Shown here one piece after another: positions 60,505 through 64,000 of a stretch of DNA of 64,000 nucleotides (positions are counted from its first letter, which is position 1; each line of letters opens with the position of its first letter). The notes beneath the pieces were generated by a model. The model worked only from the letters and a program-made list of their open reading frames with translations. It did no database searches and was not told the DNA's origin. The stretch spans positions 930,001-994,000 of the forward strand of contig CBFDEM010000053.1 in the NCBI GenBank assembly GCA_965603825.1, in the 5' to 3' direction. Source of the DNA: Blepharisma stoltei ATCC 30299 (Eukaryota; Protista; Ciliophora). The position numbers and the translations under genes were made by a program.

Positions 60505-60911
60505 TGCAAAATTATTTAATTATCTATTTCTTTTTAATAAATATAATAGACTGAATTATTTGAAAATCTGTATGTAATTTAAATAGCATGAAACTGTTGA
60601 ATTCTCTTTTTTTCTTTTTTTATTCATGTTCTTCAAAAGATTTTTAATTTTTTATGAGCTTCTATCAAAATCTACTGTTCTTAGACCAGGTATTATAATA
60701 ATTTTGCTCATAAATAGCTTATATAATAAAGATTTTTTATGTAACTTCTATGAAATTGGCACCTAAATTTTGATTTAATAATATGCCCTATGGAAATGTT
60801 TTTTTATTCAAAATAACGAATTTCTGATATATATTTTAGATTTTAAGTAAATGCTAAACGATTTTTAAAAACTGTATTACTATACTGAGAATGTATAATT
60901 CTTGACGTAAA

Positions 60912-61742
60912 CTACCTGAGCAGGTTAAAGTTAAACTGCCCAGTGGTATTGTATAATTGATTAATGGATTGTAAATTTACGTAATTTGCCCAGAGCATCC
61001 TCTGATAATTGTAGTAATTTTGCTGAGGATAGCTCATGTATTGCATATTGGGCACATTAGGCATGCTTGTACTTAAGTTGTTCGGTTTCTGGTACGTATG
61101 GAAACTCCCTGAATGACCAATTTGGGTGCTGCTTGGCACGATGATTTTCCATTTTTCCTCACTTTCTTCGCTTTTTTCTTCTTGGATTTCAATTTTAGGC
61201 GAGTCTGCTCCACACATGGAGGACTTTGGCGAATTATTTCCAGTGGTTGTTTCGGCATCAGATTCACCAAAGTCCGCGGCAAAGCAAATAACTTGCTCTG
61301 CTCCATGGTTTAAAAGGGTTTCCACCGTATAAGGATCCTTCAGAATGGTTTTTATCGAGGCTGTGATCTTTGTCCCCTTCGGTCGGTTTTTATTGTAGCT
61401 CCTGAGACACTTTCTGAGCTTACTGTAAAATCTGTTTTTAATCGCGTTCTCAGTTCTTCCAGGAAGGACTTTGGCCATTTCTGACCAGCAATTTCCATAC
61501 TTCTTCTGGAAATCTACCATGATTTCTTCTTCTTTTTCCGACCAAGGTTCTTTGCTGATGGCTGGGTCCAGGTGGTTATTCCATCTTTCCCTGCATTGTT
61601 TGCCGGTCTTATTTTGAATACTGTACTTTGACTGTAGCATAGCAGACACTTGGCTTCACTTTTTGATGCCCATATCGATCACAAGCTCACGAATAGCGTT
61701 GTCTTCTTCGGGAGTCCACGGCTTTCTATCTATGGTTGACAT
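60912..61742 (-). CDS. R2R3-type MYB transcription factor (~276 aa)
   Basis: KPWTPEED...GIKK[W]SQV...GKQCRERWNNHLDP..KEPWS..E...YGNCWSEMAK.LPGRTENAIKNRFY; TGA 61656-58. Confidence 0.93.
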
Positions 61743-62627
61743 TTTTATTGTTATTACTGAAGGAAATGGCTAATAAAGTGTTTTCAATGCGTCAACTTCT
61801 GAAATTTAATTATTTATTTTTAAGCTAAAATTAGCCACTTAGAAAGTGGGATTTTGGAAGAAATAAAAAAAGAGACATTTTGGGGAGTTTAACTTATTTC
61901 AAAATTTAAATTTGGGGAAGGGAATTGAAGAAAAAATGCAAGGAAATTGTTCATCTAATCAAAAGGTATTGAACTTGCCATAAATTGTCGAGTTAGGACG
62001 GGCTTAGACCAAGTATTTATTGTCTTTTTTGATTATTTTACTATAGAACTATAATTCGGAATAAATATGGCACATTCTCCAAGATTTATGTGACTTTTAT
62101 ATTCAACTATCAACTTTTAAAATATTTCTTATAAACTTAGATTCTTTTCTGTTGTATGTATATTTTATTTGGAACATCAAAGATTAAATTCTTATATATT
62201 TATATTATTATAGTAAATTAATTATTTTTGAATTTTTTGCACTTGAAATAATTCAGCTTTCATTTTAAAATTTAAGGAAACAGTTTCACTGGCCTTTTAA
62301 AGGTTTTTTATATGCTTCTTTGTCAAAAACTGTGCTTTTATAATAAAAATATAATAATTTTAGTCTGCAGAAGTGTCAGTCACAAATATAATAATTTATT
62401 ATAGTCAAAACCATAAGATTGATTATAGTGCATAAACCAAAAATTTTAATAAAATTTGCACTAGGATAGATAAGATTGTTATTTTACTAGTAAATGATTT
62501 TTTGATCTATTTTATAATTAATCAACATAGCCATTACAGGAATAATAACATACTCGCATTTTATCATTCTAACATTTTGTATTAATTTAATTAAATCACC
62601 ATTTTAATATCATATTATATATAGAAA

Positions 62628-64000
62628 TTAGCAAAAAAGTTCTGGATGCAAGTATACTAGGCTATCCATGAACTTATTATTTTCTAAGCATTCTATATGA
62701 GCAGCTCTTCCAATCCATTGATCAAAGCTTCTGATTTCTTCTTTATAATGGACATCAATTCTATGAATTCTTTCTCTTTTACTCAACAACTTTTTAGCCA
62801 TTTCTCTTAATACACTTGAATGAGATAAATTTGATGGAGCTTCAATTCTTGCTGAATAATGCGGAATATAATGATCTTGTGGCGAACTTATCAAGATCAT
62901 ATGACTAAACCAGTCTAATCCGAACCCATCAGAGAGCTTATAAATCAAGCCATTTATCGGATTTTCATTGTCTGCGAATGTCAGCTCTTTAAAGCTAATG
63001 CATTTTTTGAATTTTTTTAACACTCACATTCCAGCCTTTAAGATATTACTAGCTCCTTCCATAACACCAAGATGAGGACAAGATAGAGTCAGAAATAAGT
63101 GCATATGGCTTGAGTAGCTTGACAAATGAGGTAAAGCTGCTCTAATTATTAAACCACCTAGCGAATGCCCAATAAAACTAAGCTTACCTATAGGCCTATA
63201 GGTAGCGAATTCCTCCATATAAGCAATAACTTCATCAGCTAATTTTTTCCCTAATTCTGCTATTGAAAGATCTGTATTTTCTTCATTAGTAGTAGAAGAA
63301 AATAAGAATGTGCTTGGAAAAACAAGGCTAATTCTATTCTTTAGTATCCTCATATCATTAGAATTTCCTTGATACCCGTGCGCAAATACAATGATATGAG
63401 ACGAAAGACCTGAAGTTTTCCTATTTCTTGAAAGCATTGAGGAATCAATACCTGCAAGCTCAATAGTTCCATTAGGAATAGTCGTATCTAATAAGCAAAA
63501 TTCTTCAACCATTATTGGGCAATTTTGATAGTTAAAGAATGCTACCTCATCATAAATATGAGGGAGCTTCATTTTACTATTCAGCATTTCGTATTTCTTT
63601 TCACGGACGCTCCTAAGTGTTTGTTCAATTTTAGAGTCATCAACAATCATCCCGAGATCTTTTGACCTCATAACTCTTCTTATTAAGAAAGTGCTGAGTC
63701 TTTGCCTAATTAAAATTTGATTTTTCTCAACTAGCACCATTGAAACGGATTTTGATTTTTGCAGGACTTCTAAAAACCGATGCCAGAGTTGGAAAATTTG
63801 GCCTGCAACCATATTGAATTCCATAAGCATAGCAGTTGCAATTGTTCTAGTATCATGAGAAGCAATTCTGCAACTAAAAGGGATTTCCCCTTTAACTTGT
63901 TCCTCTCCTACATCGTCTTCAGGCTCATTATCTTCAGTAGAAGCTGCTGTCCTTTGCAGTGTATCTTTAATTTCTTTTAAGCTTGGATACGGAGCTTGTA
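62628..64000 (-). CDS. FAM135/DUF676 alpha/beta-hydrolase (partial, 5' end outside the window)
   Basis: VFAHGYQGNSNDM, SFIGHSLGGLIIR, CPHLG, AGM[W]VLKK (TGA 63024), SPQDHY, IGRAAHI; frame stays open to the window end. Confidence 0.9.

Noticed and set aside
374-63830. Split ORFs read as pseudogenes, operons or selenoproteins
   Set aside because: The breaks are in-frame TGA at Trp positions, not Cys positions; a code change explains them.
149-63980. Many antisense or alternate-frame ORFs in the track (e.g. 149..559, 1579..1980, 15474..15878, 26884..27285, 40581..41105)
   Set aside because: They are shadows of real genes and have no recognisable motifs.
1-64000. Prokaryotic systems (CRISPR, defence islands, Mycoplasma-type code 4 genome)
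   Set aside because: Gene content is eukaryotic and ciliary with spliceosomal introns; no repeat-spacer array was seen.

Overview
Gene-dense, AT-rich eukaryotic DNA from a ciliate, most consistent with the macronuclear genome of a Blepharisma-like heterotrich (inference). TGA encodes Trp: it falls at invariant Trp positions of MYB, PPP phosphatase, PLD, MORN, IQ and FAM135 proteins, and every gene I could rebuild ends in TAA or TAG. Introns are tiny GT-AG introns of 15-16 nt with an A six bases from the 3' end. The supplied ORF track assumes TGA is a stop and ignores introns, so it fragments many genes and misses several. Rebuilt, the window holds about 40 protein genes (including CAND1, kinesin-2, Ku70, Pol X, PLD, MYST HAT, AK7, Serinc, eIF6, CDPK and MYB), one tRNA-Pro(AGG) and two apparently broken loci (a CaaX GTPase fragment and a TM-RING ligase). 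The two most unusual observations are (1) two tandem microproteins that carry a copy of the adjacent Serinc gene's Cys-rich N-terminus joined to a conserved PIP-box-like motif, one of them absent from the ORF track, and (2) a 13-nt intron needed to complete a PHD finger. I saw no transposon, IES, telomere or CRISPR structure that I could support.
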